NCBI GenBank assembly: GCA_965221775.1
Contig: CBDCSU010000006.1
Location: forward strand, 1,504,001 to 1,568,000
Origin: Candidatus Latescibacterota bacterium
Lineage (GTDB): Bacteria > Latescibacterota > UBA2968 > UBA8231
Direction: 5' to 3'
DNA length: 64,000 bases
Below the pieces are notes generated by a model that worked only from the letters and a program-made list of their open reading frames with translations, was not told the DNA's origin and did no database searches. The translations under genes were made by a program, and so were the position numbers. Shown one piece after another: positions 8,842 to 17,309 of this stretch (position 1 is its first letter; each line of letters opens with the position of its first letter).

Positions 8842-8934
8842 TCAGTCGCCGGGCAGATCCTCCAGGACGGAGGGGGCGAAGAGCAGGATCCCCACCACGA
8901 GGCCGGCGATGACGCCGAGGAGGAAGCGGATCAC
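8842..8934 (-). CDS. 30-aa single-TM microprotein (YtxH N-terminus-like)
   Basis: GTG start overlapping the upstream TGA. MIRFLLGVIAGLVVGILLFAPSVLEDLPGD* with strong GC3 bias. Not in the ORF track. Confidence 0.65.
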   Translation of the reverse strand: MIRFLLGVIAGLVVGILLFAPSVLEDLPGD

Positions 8935-9272
8935 GGGGCGCGCTCCGGGCTGCCGGCGGCGGCCTCGGCGGGATCCTTCGGGGCCGGGCGGGGGGACTGC
9001 ATGGCGGCGCGCAGCTCCTCCTCGCGGCGGCCGACCTCGTCGTGGAGGCCGTCGATCCGCTCCTTGAGGACCAGGAGGCCGTGATCGCCCTCCAGGGCGC
9101 CCTCGCTGAGGCGGCCGTAGACCTCCTCGCCGAGCTCGCGCAAGGCGGCGCGCAGGCGGCGGCGGGAGGCGGCCACGTCGGCGCGGGCGCGCAGGACCTG
9201 CGCGATGACGCGGCCGCGCTCGGCGACGCCGGCGAAGCGGTCCCGCAGGCCGTCAGCTAGCGGCTTCTTCAT
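8931..9272 (-). CDS. Hypothetical coiled-coil protein
   Basis: Amphipathic helical sequence (RELGEEVY...LKERIDGLHDEV) in an operon with the YtxH-like gene. Confidence 0.75.
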   Translation of the reverse strand: MKKPLADGLRDRFAGVAERGRVIAQVLRARADVAASRRRLRAALRELGEEVYGRLSEGALEGDHGLLVLKERIDGLHDEVGRREEELRAAMQSPRPAPKDPAEAAAGSPERAP

Positions 9273-9507
9273 CGGCACCGGCTTCTCCCGCGCTGCGGTG
9301 GACCATCAGGTCCTCGACCTTCTCGATGACGCCGTCGCGGGCCTCCCCGGCGCGGCGCAGGATGCGGCGGCGGGTGACCTCGCCCCGCCGCGGCGCCAGC
9401 AGCACCCCCAGGGCGGCCCCCACGATCAGCATGAGCAGGCAACTCACCAGGAAACCGGGCAGGGCGACGTCGTCGCGGGCGGGCCGGCTTCGGATGTAGT
9501 AGGGCAT
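9253..9507 (-). CDS. YtxH domain-containing protein
   Basis: AGGAGG RBS. VGAALGVLLAPRRGEVTRRRI matches the YtxH signature. Confidence 0.85.
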   Translation of the reverse strand: MPYYIRSRPARDDVALPGFLVSCLLMLIVGAALGVLLAPRRGEVTRRRILRRAGEARDGVIEKVEDLMVHRSAGEAGADEEAAS

Positions 9508-9585
9508 GTCACTCCTCCTGTGTTTCGGCTCTGAACCAAGCACTCGAAGGTACGGCTTCCTCTCCATTCGCGCCCTCATTCTCTG

Positions 9586-9614
9586 TTGAGGAAACCGGGC
9601 CCGCCGCCTAGATT
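9586..9614 (+). promoter_or_regulatory. Sigma70-type promoter of the guaB-like operon
   Basis: TTGAGG, 17 nt, TAGATT, ending 31 nt upstream of ATG 9646. Confidence 0.5.
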
Positions 9615-9645
9615 CGACGGCCCCGCGCCGAAGGACGCCTCAGCC

Positions 9646-11127
9646 ATGAGCAAGGTTCTCGATCGACCGTCCCACAGCCTTCGCGAGTTCCGCATCCTGC
9701 CGGGGTACACGCCCCCCGACGGCAACGCCCTCAACGTCGATCTCACCACCCGCCTGTGCCGCAGCGGCGACGGCTTCCTGCGCCTGCACACGCCCTTCCT
9801 GAGCGCCGCCATGCAGGCGGTGACCGGCACCGAGATGGCGATCGCCATCGCCCAGCTCGGCGGCATTGGCATCCTGCCGGTGAGCCAGACGATCGAGGAG
9901 CAGTCCGAGAAGATCGGCCGCGTGAAGCGCTTCAAGGCCGGCTTCCAGACGAGCATCACCACGCTCTCGCCGCGGCAGACGATCGCCGACGTGATCCGCA
10001 TCATGGAGGAGACCGGCTACTCCACCTTCCCGGTGACCGACACCGGCGAGTTCCACGCCAGGCTCCTGGGGGTGATCACCGACAAGGACTTCGACGTGCG
10101 CCGCGACCACGCCCTCACCGTCGAGGAGCGCATGCGCACCGACGTGCAGTACGGCGTCGACATCTCCGACCTCAAGGAAGCCAACCGGCTGATGATCAAG
10201 TTCGGCCGCGGCTTCCTGCCCATCGTCGACGGCGGCGGCATCCTGCAGACGGCGGTCTTCAAGAAGGACCTCGACAAGCACCTGCAGCACCCCAACGAGT
10301 CGATCGACGCCCAGAAGCGCCTGCTGGTAGGGGCGGCGGTCTCCACCCATCCCGAGGACCGCGAGCGCGTCCAGTGCCTGGTGGAGCACGAGGTCGACGT
10401 CATCGTCGTCGACGCCTCCGACGGCCACACCCACTACCAGCGGCAGATGGTGGAGTGGATCAAGTCGACCTGCCGCGTGCCGGTGGTGGCCGGCAACGTG
10501 GTCACCGCCCGCGGCTTCGAGTTCCTCGCCGAGACCGGCGCCGACGGGGTGAAGGTCGGCATGGGCATCGCCTCGGGCTGCACCACCCAGGAGGTGAAGG
10601 CCACCGGCCGCGGCCAGGGATCGGCCCTGCTCGGCGTCTGCCCGGCCCGCGACCGCCACGCCGACGCCACGGGCGACTACCTGCCCCTCATCGCTGACGG
10701 CGGCATGGCGGGGCCGGCGGAGATGTCGGTGGCCCTGGCCCTCGGGGCCGACGCCCTCATGCTGGGCAACTTCTTCGCCCGCTACACCGAGTCGGCGGGG
10801 AACCTCATGCGCAACGCCGCCGGCGAGATCGTCAAGGAGTACTGGATGGAGGGCAGCGCCAAGGCCCGCAACCACCGGCGCTACGCCCAGTTGAAGGACC
10901 TGTTCTTCGAGGAGGGGATCACCGGGTACGTGCCCCATCTCGGCTCGATCTTCGAGAAGCTGCCCCTGGTGGTGCAGATCCTGCGCTCCACCCTGGCCAC
11001 CGCCGGCTGCCGGAGCATGGACGAGCTGCACGAGAAGGCGGTCCTGGAGATGCAGTCGGCCTCGGCCCTGCGCGACTCCGACATCCACGACATGGTGCCC
11101 TCCAACTTCGAGCAGCAGATCCTGTAA
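9646..11127 (+). CDS. guaB: IMP dehydrogenase (IMPDH/GMPR family) with CBS pair
   Basis: SAAMQAVT, CBS subdomain, DASDG, AGNVVT, catalytic-loop Cys (GMGIASGCTTQE), ADGG, YWMEGS and EEG motifs. Confidence 0.8.
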   Translation: MSKVLDRPSHSLREFRILPGYTPPDGNALNVDLTTRLCRSGDGFLRLHTPFLSAAMQAVTGTEMAIAIAQLGGIGILPVSQTIEEQSEKIGRVKRFKAGFQTSITTLSPRQTIADVIRIMEETGYSTFPVTDTGEFHARLLGVITDKDFDVRRDHALTVEERMRTDVQYGVDISDLKEANRLMIKFGRGFLPIVDGGGILQTAVFKKDLDKHLQHPNESIDAQKRLLVGAAVSTHPEDRERVQCLVEHEVDVIVVDASDGHTHYQRQMVEWIKSTCRVPVVAGNVVTARGFEFLAETGADGVKVGMGIASGCTTQEVKATGRGQGSALLGVCPARDRHADATGDYLPLIADGGMAGPAEMSVALALGADALMLGNFFARYTESAGNLMRNAAGEIVKEYWMEGSAKARNHRRYAQLKDLFFEEGITGYVPHLGSIFEKLPLVVQILRSTLATAGCRSMDELHEKAVLEMQSASALRDSDIHDMVPSNFEQQIL

Positions 11128-11137
11128 GCCGGCCTCC

Positions 11138-11974
11138 GTGCGGATCGGCTACTCCACGTGGGGCATGCCCGAGGTGGCGATCGACGGCGCCCTGAGGCAC
11201 CTCGCCGGCCTCGGCTTCACCGGCGTCGAGCCCACGGTCATCCCCGGCTGGTCAACGGAGCTGGACACCCTCGACGCCTCCGAGCGCAAGCGCATCCGCG
11301 CCCTCTTCGACGACCACGGCCTCGACATGCCGGCGGTGGCCGGCCACCGGTCGCTGCTGGCCGAGGGCGACGAGCACGACGAGAACTGGCGGCGCCTCAC
11401 CGGGGCCGTCGACCTGTGCGCCGAGTGGGCGCCGGCCTCGGGTCCGCCCCCCGCCCTCGACACCACCCTCGGCGCCCGCCCGGACGACTGGGAGCCGAAG
11501 CGCGATTTCATCCTCGACCGCGTGGGGCAGCTGGTCGACTACGGGGCCGCGGCCGGGGTCGTCATCGCCATCGAGCCACACGTGGGCTCCGCCCTCGACA
11601 CGCCCGAGCGGACGGTCTGGCTCCTGCGGCAGGTCGACTCGGAGTTCCTCAAGCTCAACTTCGACATCAGCCACTTCGAGGTCCTCGGTCTGCCCACGGA
11701 CCAGACCGTGGCCGCCCTGGCGCCGCACTCGGTCCACACCCACGTCAAGGACCAGCGCGGGCGCTCGCCGGCCCACGAGTTCCTGATCCCCGGCGAGGGG
11801 CCCTTCGACTTCGCCGCCTACCTGCGGGCGATGGAGGGCGCCGGCTACGAGGGCTACATCACCGCCGAGGTGAGCATGATGGTGCAGCGGCGGCCCGGGT
11901 ACGATCCCTTCGCCGCCGCCGATCTCACCTTCCGCACCCTGGACACGGCCTTCCGCGAGGCGGGCCTGTGCTGA
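11138..11974 (+). CDS. Sugar phosphate isomerase/epimerase (AP_endonuc_2 TIM barrel)
   Basis: AIEPH, NFDISH, HTHVKD, PGEG and TAEVS metal-binding motifs. Confidence 0.88.
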   Translation: MRIGYSTWGMPEVAIDGALRHLAGLGFTGVEPTVIPGWSTELDTLDASERKRIRALFDDHGLDMPAVAGHRSLLAEGDEHDENWRRLTGAVDLCAEWAPASGPPPALDTTLGARPDDWEPKRDFILDRVGQLVDYGAAAGVVIAIEPHVGSALDTPERTVWLLRQVDSEFLKLNFDISHFEVLGLPTDQTVAALAPHSVHTHVKDQRGRSPAHEFLIPGEGPFDFAAYLRAMEGAGYEGYITAEVSMMVQRRPGYDPFAAADLTFRTLDTAFREAGLC

Positions 11975-11999
11975 CCGCCCCCACGGGCCAGGCCCTGCC

Positions 12000-12650
12000 A
12001 TGAGAGTCCTGATCACCGGCGCCGGGAGCGCTCCCGGCCGCGCCGTCACCGCCGAGCTGCGCCGGCGGCGGCACCGCCTGCGGCTGACCGACCGGCGGCG
12101 CCTGCGGACGGACCTGGAGTTCGTGCAGTCGCGGCTGGGCCACACCCGGGCCACCGACGCGCTGGTGGAAGGCATGAAGGCGGTGGTCCACATTCCCGGC
12201 CCGCCGGGCGCCGGGGCGGAGGCCGCCGACTGGATCGACGCCTGCACGCGGTGCACCTACAACCTGCTCACCGCCGCCGCGGCGGCCGGCGTCGAGCACT
12301 GCGTCTACCTGAGCACGCTGGACCTGTTCGCCGCGTACGACGAGGACCTGCGGGTGACGCCGGAGTGGCGGCCGCGGCCGACCACCGAGCCGGAGGTGAT
12401 GGCCCCCGGCCTCGGGGAGTTCGTGGCCCGCGAGTTCGCCCAGACGAAGCAGATCTCGCTCACCGTGGTGCGCCTGGGGCACCTGGCGGAGGCCGGCGCC
12501 GAGGGGGAGCCGGACCCCATGGGCGTGGACCCGGCCGAGGCTGGCGCCGCCGTGGCCTCCGCCGTGGAGGCCGCCGGCCAAGGCTACCGACTGCTGCACG
12601 TGCAGGGCGAGTTCGAGGGCGCCCGCTTCGGCACAAGGAGGTCGCGATGA
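12000..12650 (+). CDS. NAD-dependent epimerase/dehydratase-like protein, degenerate
   Basis: Rossmann start VLITGAGSAPG and TYNLLTAA...VYLST. No YxxxK. Confidence 0.75.
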   Translation: MRVLITGAGSAPGRAVTAELRRRRHRLRLTDRRRLRTDLEFVQSRLGHTRATDALVEGMKAVVHIPGPPGAGAEAADWIDACTRCTYNLLTAAAAAGVEHCVYLSTLDLFAAYDEDLRVTPEWRPRPTTEPEVMAPGLGEFVAREFAQTKQISLTVVRLGHLAEAGAEGEPDPMGVDPAEAGAAVASAVEAAGQGYRLLHVQGEFEGARFGTRRSR

Positions 12651-13393
12651 AGGTCTGTCTTCTCGGCGGCCACGGCTACCTCGGCCCCTGGGTGGTGAAG
12701 GAGCTGGAGGCCCACGGCTACGACCTGCGGATCACCGACCTCGAGCCGCCGCGCGGCTCCCCCCACGAGACGATGCGGGTGGACGTGGCCGACCTGCGGC
12801 AGGTGCGGCGCGCCGCCAGGGGCTGCGACGCCATCGTCAACTGCTCGGTGCTGCGCCCGCACCGCAAGATCGCCTGGGACGTCAACACCCTGGGCACGTA
12901 CAACGCCGTGCGCACCGCCGTCGACCTCGGCCACGACCGCTTCATCAACACGGGACCGCACTTCACCATCACCGGCGAGCCCTACCACGCCTTCGACTTC
13001 GGCATCGTCGAGGAGGTGCCCGCCCACTCCGGCACCAACCTCTACGCCATCAGCAAGGCCGCGGGACAGGAGGTCTGCCGCATCTTCAGCGACAACCACC
13101 CGATCCACGTGATGTGCATGCTCTTCCTCTCCTTCCGCGCCGCCGATCCGGACGATCCGGAGCGCGGCGGACGGGGCGATCTCAACCCCTTCACGGTGAC
13201 CTTCGCCGACGCGGCGCGGGCGATCCGCTGCGGCCTCGAGGTCGACACGGCCGGGCTGCCTTCGCGCAACGAGGTGTTCTTCGTCGTCGCCGACCTGCCC
13301 CACGGCAAGTACTCCAACGCCAAGGCCCGCCGCCTCCTCGGGTTCGAGCCCGAGGACTCGCTGGAGGCCTACTACCGGGAGAACCGCCCGTGA
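12647..13393 (+). CDS. NAD-dependent epimerase/dehydratase (extended SDR)
   Basis: AAGGAGG RBS, ATGA overlap. GGHGYLG, VNTLGTYN and YAISK motifs. Confidence 0.88.
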   Translation: MKVCLLGGHGYLGPWVVKELEAHGYDLRITDLEPPRGSPHETMRVDVADLRQVRRAARGCDAIVNCSVLRPHRKIAWDVNTLGTYNAVRTAVDLGHDRFINTGPHFTITGEPYHAFDFGIVEEVPAHSGTNLYAISKAAGQEVCRIFSDNHPIHVMCMLFLSFRAADPDDPERGGRGDLNPFTVTFADAARAIRCGLEVDTAGLPSRNEVFFVVADLPHGKYSNAKARRLLGFEPEDSLEAYYRENRP

Positions 13394-14463
13394 CCGGCCA
13401 CGCCTTCGCCCAGGTCTTCGACGCGCCGGGGCGGCCCCTGCGCTACGAGCGCATCCCCCTGCCCTCGAGCCTGGAGGAAGGGGAAGCCCTGCTGACCGTC
13501 GATCTGGCGACGATCTGCGGCTCCGACCTGCACACCACCGGGGGCCGCAGGCGGCAGCCGACGCCGGCGGTGCTCGGCCACGAGGGGGTGGGCCGGGTGG
13601 CGGCCAGCGAGCGCGAAGGCCTGGAGGTGGGCGAGCGCGTGAGTTGGTCGATCGCCGACAGCTGCGGCGAGTGCCGGTTCTGCCGCGGCCACCAGCTGCC
13701 GGAGAAGTGCCTGCACCTGTTCAAGTACGGCCACGCCGACCTCGACGACGGCTGCGGCCTCAACGGCGCCTACGCCACGCATCTGCTACTGCGGCCCGGG
13801 ACGGCGGCGGTGCCGGTGCCGGAGGGGATCCCCGACGCGTTGGCGTCGACCGCCAACTGCGCCCTGTCCACCGCGGTCAACTGCGTGGAGCAGGTGCCGG
13901 AGGGGACGGCGTCGGCCCTGGTGCAGGGGGCCGGCCTCCTCGGCATCTACGCCTGCGCCCTGCTCCACGAGCGCGGCCTGCGCGTCTTCTGCAGCGATCC
14001 GCTGCCGGCGCGGCGGGACCTGGCCGCGCGCTTCGGCGCCGTCGGGCTGGACCCGGCCCTGGACCCGGGGCAGAGGCGCGAGCGGGTGCTGGAGGCGGCG
14101 CCGGACGGCGTCGACGCGGTCCTCGAGATGTCGGGGGAGACCCCGGCCGTGGCCGCCGGCATGGATCTTGTGCGCACCGGCGGCACCTACGTGCTGGCCG
14201 GCATGGTCCACCCCGACTCCGATCTGGCGGGGATCACGGGGGAGCGGATCGTCTTCAAGTGCCTGACCATGCGCGGGGTGCACAACTACTCGCCGCGGCA
14301 CCTGCGGCAGGGGATCGAGTTCCTGGCGCGCACGGCCGGGCGCTACCCCTTCGAGGATCTGTTGGGGCCGACCCTGCCGCTGCGCGACCTGGAGGAGGGC
14401 CTGGCCCTGAGCCGGCAGCGCCGCTGGCTGCGGGTCGCCGTCGCCCCGGGGCTGGAGGGGTGA
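13390..14463 (+). CDS. Zinc-binding alcohol dehydrogenase, phosphonate-catabolism-associated type
   Basis: ICGSDLH, LGHE, structural Zn motif CGECRFC-x7-C, KYGH and GVHNY. Directly upstream of phnA. Confidence 0.85.
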   Translation: MTGHAFAQVFDAPGRPLRYERIPLPSSLEEGEALLTVDLATICGSDLHTTGGRRRQPTPAVLGHEGVGRVAASEREGLEVGERVSWSIADSCGECRFCRGHQLPEKCLHLFKYGHADLDDGCGLNGAYATHLLLRPGTAAVPVPEGIPDALASTANCALSTAVNCVEQVPEGTASALVQGAGLLGIYACALLHERGLRVFCSDPLPARRDLAARFGAVGLDPALDPGQRRERVLEAAPDGVDAVLEMSGETPAVAAGMDLVRTGGTYVLAGMVHPDSDLAGITGERIVFKCLTMRGVHNYSPRHLRQGIEFLARTAGRYPFEDLLGPTLPLRDLEEGLALSRQRRWLRVAVAPGLEG

Positions 14464-15698
14464 CCGGGGCCGGGCGGGTCACCGCCAACGGCCGCTCCTA
14501 CGAGGTGCCGCGCCAGCCGGTGGTGGGCGTCTGCATCGACGGCTGCGACCCCACCTACCTGGAGGCGGCGGCCGGCGTCATGCCGGAGCTGGCGCGCCTG
14601 GCCGCCGACGGCGCCCGCGGGACGGCGCGCACAGCGGTGCCCTCCTTCACGAACCCGAACAACGCCTCCATCGCCACCGGGGCTCCCCCGGCGGTGCACG
14701 GGATCCCGGGCAACTACTACTACGACCGCGAGTCGGGCGAGGAGGTCATGATGAACGACCCCCGCTGGCTGCGGTGCCCCACGGTGCTGTCCGCCTTCGC
14801 CGGAGCCGACGCCGAGGTGGCGGTGGTGACCGCCAAGGACAAGCTCCTCGCCTTCCTGTCGCGGGGCCTGCCCGGCCGCTGCGTCCGCCTCTCGGTGGAG
14901 AAGGCCGCCGAGGCGACGCTGGAGGGCAACGGCCTGGTGGACGTGGCCGGCCTGGTGGGCGGTCCGGCCCCCGGGATCTACGACCCCGAGGCGAGCGTGT
15001 ACTGCCTGGAGGCCGGCGCCTGCCTCCTGGAGCGCGGCGGCCCCCTCGTGACCTACCTGTCGACCACCGACTACGTGCAGCACCGCTACGCGCCGGAGGA
15101 GCCGGAGGCCCTGGCCTTCCACGCGCGGCTGGACACCGTCCTCGGCCGCCTGCACCGCGCCGGGGCCGTGGTCGCGGTCACCGCCGATCACGGCATGAAC
15201 GCCAAGACGCGGCCCGACGGCTCGCCGAAGGTGGAGTACCTGGAGAGCCTGCTGCGGGAGGAGGGGGTGCCCGGGGCGCGGGTGATCCTGCCGATCACCG
15301 ATCCCTACGTGGTCCACCACGGGGCCCTGGGCTCGTACGCCACCGTCTACGTGGAGCCTGAAAGCCTGGAGAGGGCGGCGCGGGTGCTGCGCGGAGTGCC
15401 AGGCGTCGAGGCCGTCCACACCCGGGAGGAGGCGGCCGGCCTCTACCAGTTACCGCCCGACCGCATCGGCGACCTGGTGGTCCTGGCCGACGGCGGCACC
15501 GTCCTCGGGCGCACCCCGGACTGGCACGACCTGTCCCACGTCTCGGAGGGGCTGCGCTCCCACGGCGGCCTGCACGAGGCGACGGTGCCCTTCGTGGTCA
15601 ACCGGCCTTTGCGCGGCGAGACGGCGGAGGCCCTGGAGCGCGGCGAGCTGCGCAACTACGACCTCTTCGACGTGCTCTGCAACGGCGTGGGCCCCTGA
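14460..15698 (+). CDS. phnA: Phosphonoacetate hydrolase
   Basis: VCIDGC, PSFTNPNN, YLSTTDYVQH, TADHGM, LPITDPYVVHHGALGS and LRSHGG are PhnA signature motifs. Confidence 0.93.
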   Translation: MTGAGRVTANGRSYEVPRQPVVGVCIDGCDPTYLEAAAGVMPELARLAADGARGTARTAVPSFTNPNNASIATGAPPAVHGIPGNYYYDRESGEEVMMNDPRWLRCPTVLSAFAGADAEVAVVTAKDKLLAFLSRGLPGRCVRLSVEKAAEATLEGNGLVDVAGLVGGPAPGIYDPEASVYCLEAGACLLERGGPLVTYLSTTDYVQHRYAPEEPEALAFHARLDTVLGRLHRAGAVVAVTADHGMNAKTRPDGSPKVEYLESLLREEGVPGARVILPITDPYVVHHGALGSYATVYVEPESLERAARVLRGVPGVEAVHTREEAAGLYQLPPDRIGDLVVLADGGTVLGRTPDWHDLSHVSEGLRSHGGLHEATVPFVVNRPLRGETAEALERGELRNYDLFDVLCNGVGP

Positions 15699-15771
15699 CT
15701 TGGCCCCCTTCTTGCTGCCTGCACGCCAGATTCGGCGGCATTACCTTCACAAGGGACACCAGGAGAGTACG

Positions 15772-16242
15772 ATGGACTGGAGCAACCCACTGATCTACAT
15801 AGTCGGCGGCATCGCGGGGATTGGGGCCATCTGGAAGCTGGGGGAATGGAAGGAGCGCACCGATGACTCCGTCAGCGCCATCAAGGACACCATTCGAGAG
15901 ATCCGCGAAGATATCAAGAAGATCCTGGGCCGCTTGCCGCCTCCGGCTGTCGAGCAGGGCAGCCCGCTACGGCTGACCGAGTTCGGCGAAGAGATCTCCC
16001 GGCGTCTCGATGCACGATCCTGGGCCACGGAAACCGCGTCGGTCCTCCTTCCCGAAGTCCGGGGCAAGCAGGCGTTTCAGGTGGACGAGTTCTGCGAGAC
16101 CTACGTCCAGACTCGTCTGAGCGAGGAGTGGAAGACCGAGGTGGCCCGGTGCGCGTACGAGCTGGGCCGGGACCGCGAGAGCATCCTCTCCGTGCTGAGG
16201 GTTGTCCTGCGCGACGAACTGCTCTCTCGCCTCCCGGACTGA
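15772..16242 (+). CDS. Hypothetical protein with N-terminal TM anchor and coiled coil
   Basis: AGGAG RBS. TM helix, heptads (IREIREDIKKI), SPLRLTEFG segment. Lower GC. Confidence 0.8.
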   Translation: MDWSNPLIYIVGGIAGIGAIWKLGEWKERTDDSVSAIKDTIREIREDIKKILGRLPPPAVEQGSPLRLTEFGEEISRRLDARSWATETASVLLPEVRGKQAFQVDEFCETYVQTRLSEEWKTEVARCAYELGRDRESILSVLRVVLRDELLSRLPD

Positions 16243-16261
16243 GAGCAGCGGTCTACTTCGC

Positions 16262-17281
16262 CTACAGCTCCCCCAGCACCACCCTCCGGCCCTCGCGGAA
16301 ACTGACCTGCACGGCCTCGGTGAAGGCCATGTACTTCACGCCGTCCTCGAAGTTGGTGTGGGTCACCGGGCGGCCGTCGCGGACGGCGTCGACGAAGTCG
16401 GCCTCCACGTTCCAGCCCCACTGCTTCTCCGGCTCCACCACCAGCTCGCGCCAGCCGCCGTCGTCCAGGGCCACGAGGGCCTTGTCCTCCTCCAGGCGGA
16501 TCGACCCCTTGGTGCCGTGCATCTCGAAGGAGATGCCGCCGTGGGCGGCGACGCTGCTCACGTGGTAGACGGCGGTGGCGCCGCTCTCCAGCTCGGAGAG
16601 GATGCCGAGGCTCTCGGGCACGTCCGCCGGCTTCGGGGTGCCGCTCTCGGGGTCGGTGCGCTCGCCGGTGAAGATGTGGGCGTGGGCCATGAGGGCGCGG
16701 TCGTGGCCGACGTAGCGCCGCACCGTCTCGTTGAGGATGCCCATGGCCATGATGTTGTTGCCCGACAGCTCGCGCCGCTGGCGCCAGTGCAGGGGGGCGG
16801 AGGGGTCCCAGCCTCCGGTGAGGGCGCTGACGTGGACCTCCAGCCAGTCGCCGAAGACGCCGTCGGCGACCATGCCGAGGAGGGTGGGCTCGGTCTCCAG
16901 GTTGATGGGCGCCGGCACGATCATGGTCACCTTGTCGGAGGCCTGTGCCGCGGCCAGCATGCGCCGCGCCTCTTCGAGGTTCATGGCCATGCGCGCCTCG
17001 GTGAGGACGTGCTTGCCGGCGGCCAGGCCCTCCAGGGTGATGTCGCAGTGCAGGTAGGGCCAGGTGCCGATGCAGACGGCGTCCACCTCGGCGGCGTGGA
17101 CCAGCTCCTTCCAGTCGTCGTACACGGCGGGGATGCCGAATTCGTCGGCCGCCCGCTGCCCCGACTCGCGGGAGCGGTTGCAGACGGCCACCACCTCCAC
17201 GCCGTCGATCTCCTGGAACCCGGGGATGTGCCGCTCCCGGGTGTTGGCCCCGGCGCCGACGATGCCGATTCGCAATGTCAT
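16262..17281 (-). CDS. Gfo/Idh/MocA family oxidoreductase
   Basis: RIGIVGAG, VDAVCIGT, GKHVLTEARMA (variant of EKP). Confidence 0.9.
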   Translation of the reverse strand: MTLRIGIVGAGANTRERHIPGFQEIDGVEVVAVCNRSRESGQRAADEFGIPAVYDDWKELVHAAEVDAVCIGTWPYLHCDITLEGLAAGKHVLTEARMAMNLEEARRMLAAAQASDKVTMIVPAPINLETEPTLLGMVADGVFGDWLEVHVSALTGGWDPSAPLHWRQRRELSGNNIMAMGILNETVRRYVGHDRALMAHAHIFTGERTDPESGTPKPADVPESLGILSELESGATAVYHVSSVAAHGGISFEMHGTKGSIRLEEDKALVALDDGGWRELVVEPEKQWGWNVEADFVDAVRDGRPVTHTNFEDGVKYMAFTEAVQVSFREGRRVVLGEL

Positions 17282-17309
17282 GTCCTTCCTCCTGTTCTCT
17301 TCGGTTGGG

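Noticed and set aside
9508-9645. Purine-related riboswitch upstream of the guaB-like gene
   Set aside because: The predicted promoter leaves only about 25 nt of leader and no aptamer consensus is visible.
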